DNA of 64,000 nucleotides, taken from an uncultured Verrucomicrobiaceae bacterium. GTDB lineage: Bacteria > Pseudomonadota > Gammaproteobacteria > Pseudomonadales > CAMLJR01. Under the pieces are notes generated by a model. It worked only from the letters and a program-made list of their open reading frames with translations. It ran no database searches and was not told the origin of the DNA. Below are positions 47,876 to 56,075 of this stretch, one piece after another. The stretch's first letter is position 1, and every line of letters starts with the position of its first letter. Made by a program: the position numbers and the translations under genes. The stretch lies in assembly GCA_964638025.1 (NCBI GenBank), contig CAZWXW010000008.1:12285-76284 (forward strand), in the 5' to 3' direction.

Positions 47876-48682
47876 ATGGATCTGCAGCTGAAAGGCCGCC
47901 GCGTACTCGTCACTGGCAGCAGCAGCGGCATCGGTGAAGCCATGGTGCGCCTGCTTGCGGAGGAGGGTGCTGTGGTGGTCGTTCACGGCCGCAATAGGGA
48001 GCGTGCCGAGAAAATTGCCAACGAGATCGAGGCCGCCGGCGTTGCCATCGGCGATCTCGGAACAGACGAGGGCGCTGCCGCCGTCCATGAGCAGGCGCTG
48101 GCCGCGCTGGGCGGAAATATCGAAATCCTCATCAATAACGCGGGCGGCAGTTCCACCGGCAACACCTCGAAAGCACCCATCGAGATCAAGGCGGCGGATT
48201 TCCTGTCGAACTATCACGCCAACACGCTGGCGGCGGTGCGCCTCGCGCTGCTCGCGGTACCGGCGATGGTCGCCGCCAAATTCGGGCGCGTCATCAATGT
48301 CTCCAGCGCCGTTGCGATTCAGCCGAACAACGTCGGTGCGGACTACTCCGCCGCCAAGTCCGCGCTGAACAATTTCACCGTCAGCCTGGCGGGTTCGCTC
48401 AAGGGCGTCGGTGTCACCGTCAACACCATCACGCCGGGCGTCATCATGGTCGATGGTCTGGTTCGGTTCGGCCGTACCCGCTACAACGATCCCGACATGC
48501 CGTTCGACGAGATCGCGCAGCGGTTGGCCGCTGAAAAGGTTTTCGACCTGCCGCCGGTTGGCCGCCTCGGACTGCCGGAGGAGGTGGCGCTCGTCGCCTG
48601 CACGCTCGCCAGTCCGCGCCTCGGTTTTGTCACCGGCTCGAACTATCGCGTCGATGGTGGCCAAGTGCGTTCGGTCGTTTAA
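47876..48682 (+). CDS. SDR-family oxidoreductase
   Basis: 'VLVTGSSSGIGEA', 'NNAG' and 'YSAAKSAL'. Start at MDLQLKG. Confidence 0.88.
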   Translation: MDLQLKGRRVLVTGSSSGIGEAMVRLLAEEGAVVVVHGRNRERAEKIANEIEAAGVAIGDLGTDEGAAAVHEQALAALGGNIEILINNAGGSSTGNTSKAPIEIKAADFLSNYHANTLAAVRLALLAVPAMVAAKFGRVINVSSAVAIQPNNVGADYSAAKSALNNFTVSLAGSLKGVGVTVNTITPGVIMVDGLVRFGRTRYNDPDMPFDEIAQRLAAEKVFDLPPVGRLGLPEEVALVACTLASPRLGFVTGSNYRVDGGQVRSVV

Positions 48683-48777
48683 GAAGATGCGTTCGGTCGT
48701 TTAAAGAAGCTGCGCTCGGTCGTCTGAAAATAATCAGGTCCATTGGCTCGACCAACTGGCCCGCAGAGGAGACACCC

Positions 48778-49845
48778 ATGTCCCAGAAAACCTATCGCGT
48801 CATCCAATGGTGCACCGGCGTTGTCGGCTCGGCCTCGTTGAAGCACTTCATCGAAAATCCGATTTTCGAGCTGGTCGGTGTACTGGTGACGAATCCGGAC
48901 AAGGTCGGCAAGGATGCCGCCGACCTGGTCGGCCTGCCGACCAGGACCGGCGTGCTGGCGACCAACGATATCGAGCAGATCATCGCGCTCAAGGCCGACG
49001 GCGTGCACTTCGCGCCGATCGTCACCGATGTCGAGATGATTTGCCGGCTGCTGCGCTCCGGCAAGAACGTCGTCTCGCCGGCGGGACCGTTCGTGCCCAG
49101 CAAATATTTTCCCGACGAGTCCGACAAGATCGCAGCGGCCTGCAAAGAGGGTGGCGTGTCCTATCACGGCTGCGGTGTCCATCCCGGCTTCTCCGGCGAC
49201 ATCCTGCCGCTGACGCTGACCCGGCTGATGAACCGCATCGATCATATCCAGGTCATCGAGTTCATCGACAAAGACCGAAACCCGATGGTCTACACCGAGA
49301 TGATGGGCTTCGGTGCCGATCCGGACGAACTGCTCGCCAAGCCGCGCCGCGCGGCTGACACCTGGCGCTACTTCTACCAGTCGCTGGAGATGATCGCGAC
49401 AGGACTGGGCAAGCAGATCGAGAAAGTGACCAGCAAGTTCGACGTGGCGAAAGCGACGCAGGATATTCCCTACACGCTGGGCGCGGGTCGCAGCGGTGGC
49501 GGTGTCGTCAAAAAAGGGACCGTCGGCGGGCAGCACTACGAGTGGACGGCCTGGGTCGAGGGCAAGCCGCTGATCACCTATCACTTCTACTGGACGATGG
49601 GCGAGCACGTCGAACCGCAGTGGGATATCGACAGCCGTTATCAGGTGGTGATCGATGGCGATCCGCCGCTGGAGGTGCGACTGATGGCTCGCCCCGACGC
49701 TGACGGCGTTCGCCCTTTCCTCGGCTTGCACTGGACCGGACTGCTGGGTGCCACCGCACTGCCAGCGGTATGCGATGCGAAGGCGGGCGTGGTTACTCAC
49801 ATCGATCTCGGCGTCGTGCAGCCGCATGGCCTCGTGCGTAGATAA
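48778..49845 (+). CDS. NAD(P)-binding DapB-like / amine-dehydrogenase-family protein
   Basis: N-terminal Rossmann fold 'YRVIQWCTGVVGSASLKHF'. The overall length and pattern resemble proteins annotated as dihydrodipicolinate-reductase-like. The function is uncertain. Confidence 0.55.
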   Translation: MSQKTYRVIQWCTGVVGSASLKHFIENPIFELVGVLVTNPDKVGKDAADLVGLPTRTGVLATNDIEQIIALKADGVHFAPIVTDVEMICRLLRSGKNVVSPAGPFVPSKYFPDESDKIAAACKEGGVSYHGCGVHPGFSGDILPLTLTRLMNRIDHIQVIEFIDKDRNPMVYTEMMGFGADPDELLAKPRRAADTWRYFYQSLEMIATGLGKQIEKVTSKFDVAKATQDIPYTLGAGRSGGGVVKKGTVGGQHYEWTAWVEGKPLITYHFYWTMGEHVEPQWDIDSRYQVVIDGDPPLEVRLMARPDADGVRPFLGLHWTGLLGATALPAVCDAKAGVVTHIDLGVVQPHGLVRR

Positions 49846-49888
49846 ATAGCCTCGTGCGCAGATAAACAAGACAAGGGACCAAAGCCCG

Positions 49889-52096
49889 ATGAATTTCGAA
49901 CTGACCGACGTTCAGGAGATGCTGCGCAGCACCTTCGCCCGCTTTCTGGATGAAAACAGCAGCACGGTGCGGGTGCGTGCGGCGCTGCCGTCGGGATTCG
50001 ACCGGAAACTGTGGCAGGGGCTCGGCGAACTCGGTGCCTTTGCAATCCGGGTTCCCGAGTCTGCCAACGGACTGGGGCTCGGTCTGCTGGATGCCGCGCT
50101 GTTGATGGAGGAGGCGGGGCGCACGCTGGTCTCCGGTCCGCTGGCCGAAACCATCGTCAGCGCGCGCCTGCTGGCGCAACTGGGTGGAGACAGTGTCGAG
50201 CCTCTGCTTGCGCGGGTGATGTCGGGCGAAGCTGTCGCGACGTTGGCTTTTCGCGACGCGGCAGAGAATCCTGTGCAATGGATCGCCGGCGGTGCGGTGG
50301 CTGAAGCTGTGCTGGCGCGCAGCGGCAACGACGTCGTTCTGATCAACCTCCCCGAGGGCGCAGGCAGCGGCGAACCGACGTTGGCCTCGACGCCGCTTGC
50401 CGAAATCGATCTCTGCAAGTATCCGCACACGGTACTGGCCAGTGGTGCGCTCGCACTCAAGACCCATGCGCAGGCGATCGAGGAGTGGAAGCTGCTGATC
50501 TCGGCAGCGCTCGCGGGGCTGGCGCGCAAATCGATCGAGCTGGCGGCCGCCTATGCCAGCGAGCGCAAACAGTTCGGCCAGTTCATCGGCACCTTTCAGG
50601 CCATCTCCCACCCGCTCGCCGATCGGCTGGGCGACGTCGACGGCGGCAAGCTGCTGGTGTGGAAAGCCATTCGCGATATCGCCGACGCTTCGCCGGAGGC
50701 GGGCGCAACGATTTCGCTGGCGGCGTGGTGGAACTGCGACGCGGCGGCGAAAAGCGTTGCACAGGCGCTGCACACCTTTGGTGGTTACGGACTCACCACC
50801 GAATACGACATCCACCTGTTCAACCTTCGCGCCAAGGCGTGGCCGCTGGTCATCGGCGACCCGCTGAGCCTGCTGGAGGAGGCCGGGCGGCGACTTCATG
50901 CCGGCGAGCAGGCCGAGTTGCCCGACGCGGGCGACGTTCCGATCGATTTCGATCTCGGCGATGAAGCACGCGCCATTGCCGAAGAGATTGATGCGTTCTT
51001 TGCACAGAGCGTCACGCCGGCGATGCGCGAGCAGTTTCACTACTCGTGGGAAGGCTACAACCCGGCGATCAACAAAAAGCTCGCCGATGCGAAACTGCTG
51101 TTTCTCGGCTGGAGCAAAGAGATGGGCGGACGTGGCATCTCCCCCTATGCACGTCTTGCGGCCATGGAGGCGTTTGAAGAGCAGGGTTACAACAATCCGG
51201 CTCACAACGTCACCACCATGGTGGCCACTATCCTGCATCGTTTCGGCAGCGAGGAGGTCAAACGCGACGTGCTGGAGAAAATCGTCGCCGGAGACGCGAT
51301 CTGTGCCCTCGGCTATTCCGAGCCGGGCTCGGGCTCCGACGTGTTTGCCGCCCAGTGCAAGGCGACGCGCGACGGCGACGGCTGGCGCATCGACGGCACC
51401 AAGATGTTCACCAGCGGCGCCAACCTGGCCGACTATGTGTTCATGTTGACGCGGACCGATCCGGACGCGCCAAAGCACAAAGGCTTGACGATGTTCCTGG
51501 TGCCGCTGAAAACCGAGGGCGTGACCATCCAGCCGGTCTACACCTTCCAGGACGAGCGCACCAACATCACCTTCTACGACGGCGTCTACATCCCCGACAG
51601 CTATCGCCTCGGCGGCGTCAACGAAGGCTCGAAAACCATGACCGCCGGTCTGGAGCAGGAGCACAGCGGCGGCTTCTCCAAATCGCAGCGCGCGATGCTG
51701 CGCGCGGCGGTGCAGTTGTGTCGCGACATCGAACACAACGGGCGGCCATTGATTCAGCAGCCACTGGCACAGATGCGTCTCGCACGCTCGGCGGCCAATC
51801 TGATGGTCTCGGACATGCTCACCTTCCGTTCGCTGTGGGCCAGCGTGAACAAGAAGCCGAATATCGGCTTCGGGCCGATGGCAAAAATGTACTCCTCGGA
51901 AAAATTCCTCGGCGACGCGCGCGACCTGCTCGACCTGACCGCGCCCTATTCGCTCGCCAAACGGGAGGGGCCGGCAGGGCTGCTCAACCTCTGTTATCGC
52001 CATGCACAAGGCACGACCATTTATGGCGGCACCAGCGAGGTCCATCGCAGCATGATCGCCGAGCGCGCCCTGGGGATGCCGCGCACGCGGGCCTGA
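49889..52096 (+). CDS. Fused two-module acyl-CoA dehydrogenase (735 aa)
   Basis: The C-module has the ACAD signature 'GYSEPGSGSD' and 'IYGGTSEV'. The N-module keeps 'HTFGGYGLTTEYDIHLFNLRAKAW' but has no '[ST]-E-x2-G-[ST]-D' signature. Confidence 0.85.
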   Translation: MNFELTDVQEMLRSTFARFLDENSSTVRVRAALPSGFDRKLWQGLGELGAFAIRVPESANGLGLGLLDAALLMEEAGRTLVSGPLAETIVSARLLAQLGGDSVEPLLARVMSGEAVATLAFRDAAENPVQWIAGGAVAEAVLARSGNDVVLINLPEGAGSGEPTLASTPLAEIDLCKYPHTVLASGALALKTHAQAIEEWKLLISAALAGLARKSIELAAAYASERKQFGQFIGTFQAISHPLADRLGDVDGGKLLVWKAIRDIADASPEAGATISLAAWWNCDAAAKSVAQALHTFGGYGLTTEYDIHLFNLRAKAWPLVIGDPLSLLEEAGRRLHAGEQAELPDAGDVPIDFDLGDEARAIAEEIDAFFAQSVTPAMREQFHYSWEGYNPAINKKLADAKLLFLGWSKEMGGRGISPYARLAAMEAFEEQGYNNPAHNVTTMVATILHRFGSEEVKRDVLEKIVAGDAICALGYSEPGSGSDVFAAQCKATRDGDGWRIDGTKMFTSGANLADYVFMLTRTDPDAPKHKGLTMFLVPLKTEGVTIQPVYTFQDERTNITFYDGVYIPDSYRLGGVNEGSKTMTAGLEQEHSGGFSKSQRAMLRAAVQLCRDIEHNGRPLIQQPLAQMRLARSAANLMVSDMLTFRSLWASVNKKPNIGFGPMAKMYSSEKFLGDARDLLDLTAPYSLAKREGPAGLLNLCYRHAQGTTIYGGTSEVHRSMIAERALGMPRTRA

Positions 52097-52128
52097 GGGC
52101 TTTCCAGTAGCGGTGCTAGTATTCCCAA

Positions 52129-53244
52129 ATGGGAACTACCTCGCCGACATCCGCAAACACCGTCGACCTGCCGCTCGCGCTGATGAACGGCGCGTTCGAA
52201 ACACCGCGCTGGTCGACCTTTCTCGACGAACTGCGACGACGCACGCAGGCAGACTACGCAAGCCTCGTGTTTCGTCCGCCGGGATTGGCGTCGAACGCGG
52301 TGTTCTATCTCTATTCGGGAAAGCGCTGGCCGGCTCGCATGGAGAAGCTCTATCGGGAGAGCTTCCATGATCAGGGGCCACCTCATCACGAGATGACGGA
52401 AGGCGAGATATATACGCTCGACGAACTGTTCCGGCCGGACAATCCACTTCATGTTGCCTACCGCACGGCAGTGATCGCCCCCAGCGGCATGCATGCGGCC
52501 CGAATGATGCGCGTCGAGGAGGCCAGTGGCGTCAGCACTTGGCTGTCGATTACCCGGCGTCAGGGCGACTTCACTTCAAAGGACGAGGCGCTGTTGCGCT
52601 CGATTGCCCCCTACCTCCGCAGTGCACTGCGCAGTTATGTGGCGCTGGAGCGGGAGCGGACCAGCGCGGCGCTCGCCGGCGATGCCATTCAGCGCCTGAA
52701 CTTCGGCTGGATCACGCTCGATGCGACGGGACACATTCTGGAAGCCGACGCTCGCGGGCATCAGATCCTTGCGGAAGCAGAGGTCCTGCGCAGCGATACT
52801 CACGGTTTTCTCAAGGGATCGACGGTCAGGCAGAGCCAGGAGATCCTGGCGGCGATCAAGGCACTCACCACCACCGCCAACGCAAAACCGCGCGCCGTGG
52901 TGCTCAGCCGCGATCCGTGGCTGGACATGTTGCTGGTGCCCGCCAGCCGCAGCGCGATATCGGCGAAATCGGTGCCGGCCGTCATTGCCTACGTCCACAG
53001 CGACAGCGCGCTGTCGTCGGATCGCTGCGAACAGCTCGCGCAACTGTTCGGGTTATTGCCGAGCGAAGCGCGTCTCGCCCTCGCACTCGGACGTGGCATG
53101 AGCATTGCCGATGCGGCGCAGGAGCTCAACCTGACCGTGGAATCCGCGCGAACCTATTCGAAGAAGATCTACGCGAAAATGGGTGCGCGTGGCCACGCGG
53201 ATCTGGTGTTGTTCGTGCAGCGCAGTGTGTTGCAGATCGCCTGA
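52129..53244 (+). CDS. LuxR-family transcriptional regulator
   Basis: C-terminal HTH 'LLPSEARLALALGRGMSIADAAQELNLTVESARTYSKKIYAKMG'. No family was recognised for the N-terminal sensor region. Confidence 0.8.
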   Translation: MGTTSPTSANTVDLPLALMNGAFETPRWSTFLDELRRRTQADYASLVFRPPGLASNAVFYLYSGKRWPARMEKLYRESFHDQGPPHHEMTEGEIYTLDELFRPDNPLHVAYRTAVIAPSGMHAARMMRVEEASGVSTWLSITRRQGDFTSKDEALLRSIAPYLRSALRSYVALERERTSAALAGDAIQRLNFGWITLDATGHILEADARGHQILAEAEVLRSDTHGFLKGSTVRQSQEILAAIKALTTTANAKPRAVVLSRDPWLDMLLVPASRSAISAKSVPAVIAYVHSDSALSSDRCEQLAQLFGLLPSEARLALALGRGMSIADAAQELNLTVESARTYSKKIYAKMGARGHADLVLFVQRSVLQIA

Positions 53245-53295
53245 TTCTGAAATCATGGGTGAGGCAAAGGGAAACATCTGATCCCGGGTTCCCTA

Positions 53296-53568
53296 TTGAT
53301 AGAATCGCCGCCTGCCATGAACGGTAGTTGTGAGGGGCAAGTGAATCCAGAAGACCTGCAGTTGCTTGTGCAACGCGAGATGCCCTACGGCAAATACAAA
53401 GGCCGGCTAATCGCCGACCTTCCCGGTTCCTACTTGGGTTGGTTTGCGCGGCAGGGATTTCCCACAGGAGAGATCGGTCGACTGCTGGCGCTGATGTATG
53501 AGATCGATCACAACGGCTTGAAGGATCTGCTCAAGCCATTGCGAACGAAACCATCTCAATACATTTGA
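53296..53568 (+). CDS. DUF3820-family protein
   Basis: 'MPYGKYKGRLIADLPGSYLGWFARQGFPTGEIGRLLALMYEI' matches the recalled DUF3820 core. The true start may be internal (MNGS at 53317). Confidence 0.7.
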   Translation: MIESPPAMNGSCEGQVNPEDLQLLVQREMPYGKYKGRLIADLPGSYLGWFARQGFPTGEIGRLLALMYEIDHNGLKDLLKPLRTKPSQYI

Positions 53569-53572
53569 CGCA

Positions 53573-53695
53573 TCAGGCGGGCAGGCAAAGCCCCAGCAAC
53601 ACAAACGATATCCCCATCGACATCACGCCGATATGCCACGGGGTCACGATTCGGGGGGAGGTTTCTGCATGCAGTTCTGCGGTGGAATCAGACAT
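53573..53695 (-). CDS. Small membrane peptide (40 aa) downstream of a LexA-type box
   Basis: MSDSTAELHAETSPRIVTPWHIGVMSMGISFVLLGLCLPA. The C-terminal 21 residues are hydrophobic. GGAG motifs lie upstream of the ATG. The peptide lies inside the listed ORF 53573..53764. Confidence 0.45.
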   Translation of the reverse strand: MSDSTAELHAETSPRIVTPWHIGVMSMGISFVLLGLCLPA

Positions 53696-53704
53696 CTCCA
53701 GTCT

Positions 53705-53742
53705 CCGTACATATACTGTATATAAGACCAGTATATGTACGG
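53705..53742 (-). promoter_or_regulatory. SOS (LexA)-box-like perfect palindrome overlapping a putative promoter
   Basis: CCGTACATATACTG-N10-CAGTATATGTACGG, with perfect 14-bp arms. The core TACTGTATATAAGACCAGTA (53714..53733) matches the gammaproteobacterial consensus TACTG(TA)5CAGTA at 16 of 20 positions. A TGGATA -35-like hexamer lies 17-18 nt upstream of TTATAT on the minus strand. Confidence 0.6.
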
Positions 53743-53760
53743 ATATCCAGAGGCGCCAGC

Positions 53761-54204
53761 TCAATCCGGAATTTCCGGCTCCACCAGGCGTGCCAGGTGT
53801 TCGAGTGACTCCTGCCAGCCCAGATAACAGAACTCCGTTGGAATCTGTTCCGGAATGCCCTCCTGAACAATATTGATTTCGGTGCCACAGGTGACTTCGC
53901 GCAATGTCGCTGTTGTCACCATCTCACCGGGCAGGCCGGGATCGTCGAAGGCGTCGGTGTAGCGAATCCGCTCATTCGGCACCAGCTCCAGATAGGTGCC
54001 GCCGAACGCGTTGCTGTTGCCGGTGGTGAAATTGCGAAAGGCCATGCGGAATTGACCGCCGACGGTGGCATCGAGCTTCTCCACCTTGCAGGTATAGCCA
54101 TTGGGTGGCAGCCAGCGGGCCATGGCCTCGGCATCGGTGAACGCACGGTAGACCTTTTCGGGTTTTGCACGGAGTACGCGGTGCAGGCGGACGGTGCCGG
54201 TCAT
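53761..54204 (-). CDS. SRPBCC-family protein (Aha1/AHSA1-like domain)
   Basis: 'RVLRAKPEKVYRAFTDAEAMARWLPP' and 'GGTYLELVPNERIRYTDAF' fit the AHSA1/SRPBCC pattern. Confidence 0.78.
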   Translation of the reverse strand: MTGTVRLHRVLRAKPEKVYRAFTDAEAMARWLPPNGYTCKVEKLDATVGGQFRMAFRNFTTGNSNAFGGTYLELVPNERIRYTDAFDDPGLPGEMVTTATLREVTCGTEINIVQEGIPEQIPTEFCYLGWQESLEHLARLVEPEIPD

Positions 54205-54306
54205 GATCTTCTCCTTTCAGTGTGTGGTTGATCTGATCTCTAGTCGTATGAGGTTCAGATAAATCGACAAGCCAGTGGAGAAATTCTTGGGGAGCCTCTG
54301 CTCAGC

Positions 54307-55011
54307 TTAAAAACGCTCGCTGGAGGCCAGATAGCGCCATTGCCCCACGGGCAGTTTTCCCATCGGAACGCCGCCGATCCGAATGCGCTTCATCGACACG
54401 ATCTGCAGTCCGACGCGATCGCACATGAGCTTGATCAGGCCGGGGGTGATGCTCTTCAGGGCAAACCGTAACCGGGTTTCGTTCTGCCAGCTGACTTTGC
54501 AAGGAGGCAACGTGGCAGATCCGCGCTTGAGCAGCTCCAGTCCGTTGGCGACCATATCGCCGCTGACTTCAACGATGAACTCCTGTTCGAGGATGGCGGC
54601 ATCGTCGGTGAGCTTCCGTTGTACTTTCCAATCCTGCGTGAATACCACCAGTCCGGCCGCTTCAGGCGGCAGTGGGAAAAGATGGCTGTGGCGAATGAAA
54701 TGTTTTTTGAGCATTCGTACTTCTAAAGGGTCTTCGGCCCACCGGGGCGACGCGCTCAACAGCAATGACAGCGCTTCATCGTTTTCCTCAACGCCAGCCG
54801 GTTGGTGCAACAGCAGGGTCACTGGTTCGATGGCGGAGGCAGAAGCACCGGGCAGCAGTTCGACCTGCTGGTCGAGCACCTTGAACTGCGGCTCTTCCAC
54901 GACGACGCCGTCGACGGTCACCCAGCCCCCCTCGATATAGAGATCGGATTCGCGTCGCGAGCAGCCCACCAGTTCGATCAGGCGTTTGGAGAGGCGGATA
55001 GGTTCAGGCAT
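54307..55011 (-). CDS. RsuA/RluB/RluF-like pseudouridine-synthase homolog lacking the catalytic Asp
   Basis: S4-like N-terminus 'IRLSKRLIELVGCSRRESDLYIEGGWVTVDG'. The core block reads 'LFPLPPEAAGLVVFTQDW' where RsuA has 'AGRLDFNTTGLLLLTNDG'. Start at MPEPIR; an earlier in-frame Met is possible. Confidence 0.65.
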   Translation of the reverse strand: MPEPIRLSKRLIELVGCSRRESDLYIEGGWVTVDGVVVEEPQFKVLDQQVELLPGASASAIEPVTLLLHQPAGVEENDEALSLLLSASPRWAEDPLEVRMLKKHFIRHSHLFPLPPEAAGLVVFTQDWKVQRKLTDDAAILEQEFIVEVSGDMVANGLELLKRGSATLPPCKVSWQNETRLRFALKSITPGLIKLMCDRVGLQIVSMKRIRIGGVPMGKLPVGQWRYLASSERF

Positions 55012-55141
55012 GAGGAGAAGCTCGTGGGTATGGTTGTTGGGCATTGGCGTTGTCATTCCACGCGCAGTCGCGGAATCCATGGTCGGTGCACGTAGCGTGA
55101 TGGATTCTGCGACTTCGCTGCGCTGCGCGCAGAATGACGCA

Positions 55142-55570
55142 CTAAAAAAACAGGCTTGGGCTGATATGAAAACGATCAGACAACGCTTTGATGTGATTCT
55201 TGTTGAGGCTGCGCTCACCGGATAGCACACGAGACACCATCGACTTTGATCCGATTTCCGGAAGATCGGCGGTACCCAGGTTGTGCTGATCCATCAAGAG
55301 TCGAAGCATTGCCACGTCAGATGGCTGAGACATGGAGCGTTGCTCGAAAGCTGTCATCTCAGCATCTTTGTTCTCGTAAGATTCGATCGCGCGGCTCAGC
55401 AACTCAATGACACCGTTGAGCGGATCGTCATGTGAGTCTTGGGCTTCTTCCAGCAAGGATTCGATCAGCTCCAGCGCTTCTTCATAGTGTTGCTCATCGT
55501 TGATATGCAGATAGGGAGCCGCAGCCTGAGCGAAGCTGCGGCAAGCATCCTTAAAAGCGACGGCTGTCAT
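55142..55570 (-). CDS. higA: Type II antitoxin HigA-family (HTH) protein
   Basis: Its ATG overlaps the higB stop (ATGA). C-terminal HTH-like region 'GSKSMVSRVLSGERSLNKNHIKALSDRFHISPSLF'. Confidence 0.8.
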   Translation of the reverse strand: MTAVAFKDACRSFAQAAAPYLHINDEQHYEEALELIESLLEEAQDSHDDPLNGVIELLSRAIESYENKDAEMTAFEQRSMSQPSDVAMLRLLMDQHNLGTADLPEIGSKSMVSRVLSGERSLNKNHIKALSDRFHISPSLFF

Positions 55571-55881
55571 TTCAACTCTCCTCTTGCGTAGCGTTTGCAT
55601 ATTTTGTCGTACTCGGCATGAGTAACGATGTGCTTCACGTATATGCGGTTTTGGACAAACTGGATAAAGACGATCATTCGAAGATTGTTGCCGCCGATAT
55701 CAATGACCCACCATTTGTCCTTGTACTTAAAGTTGTCCAATGAAGGGAAAACCCTTCTCATTTCATCGGGAGAGGCGAACTCTTCCTTTTTGAGTACCTG
55801 ATACAGATCGTCAATCGCCTGTTTCTGATTGGGATAATCCCTGGCCGCCTCATTGAACGGGCGTTTGGATATGACGTGCAT
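55567..55881 (-). CDS. higB: Type II toxin HigB-family mRNA interferase
   Basis: 104 aa. 'MHVISKRPFNEAARDYPN...WVIDIGGNNLRMIVFIQFVQNRIYVKHIVTHAEYDK' matches the recalled HigB_toxin family pattern. AGGAG Shine-Dalgarno. Confidence 0.82.
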   Translation of the reverse strand: MHVISKRPFNEAARDYPNQKQAIDDLYQVLKKEEFASPDEMRRVFPSLDNFKYKDKWWVIDIGGNNLRMIVFIQFVQNRIYVKHIVTHAEYDKICKRYARGELK

Positions 55882-55891
55882 AGCTACTCCT

Positions 55892-55936
55892 GTTGACTAG
55901 GTGTCAACTTTAGTGAGCTGTTGCCATTTGGTCAAC
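55892..55936 (-). promoter_or_regulatory. higBA promoter with two operator palindromes
   Basis: GTTGAC-N5-GTCAAC at 55892..55908 and GTTGCC-N5-GTCAAC at 55920..55936. On the minus strand TTGACC-N17-TAAAGT gives a -35/-10 pair. The distal palindrome overlaps the -35. Confidence 0.6.
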
Positions 55937-56075
55937 TTTGTTGTGTGGCGGAGGGTTTTGGGGGGATTACCTTCTACTGCCTGCTCCTTCCCAATGACAC
56001 CGACTAATCTCAAATTTTGGTTGTGGCGACGACGGCTCGCCTCGTTAAAAAAGTGGAGAGAGGGTGTGATTCACA

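Noticed and set aside
53565-53888. Other listed ORFs around the LexA box (53565..53876 +, 53688..53888 -) and the full 63-aa version of 53573..53764.
   Set aside because: - They run through the palindrome or antisense to the SRPBCC gene.
- They have no ribosome-binding site.
- Only the internal ATG at 53695 has GGAG motifs and lies downstream of the putative promoter.
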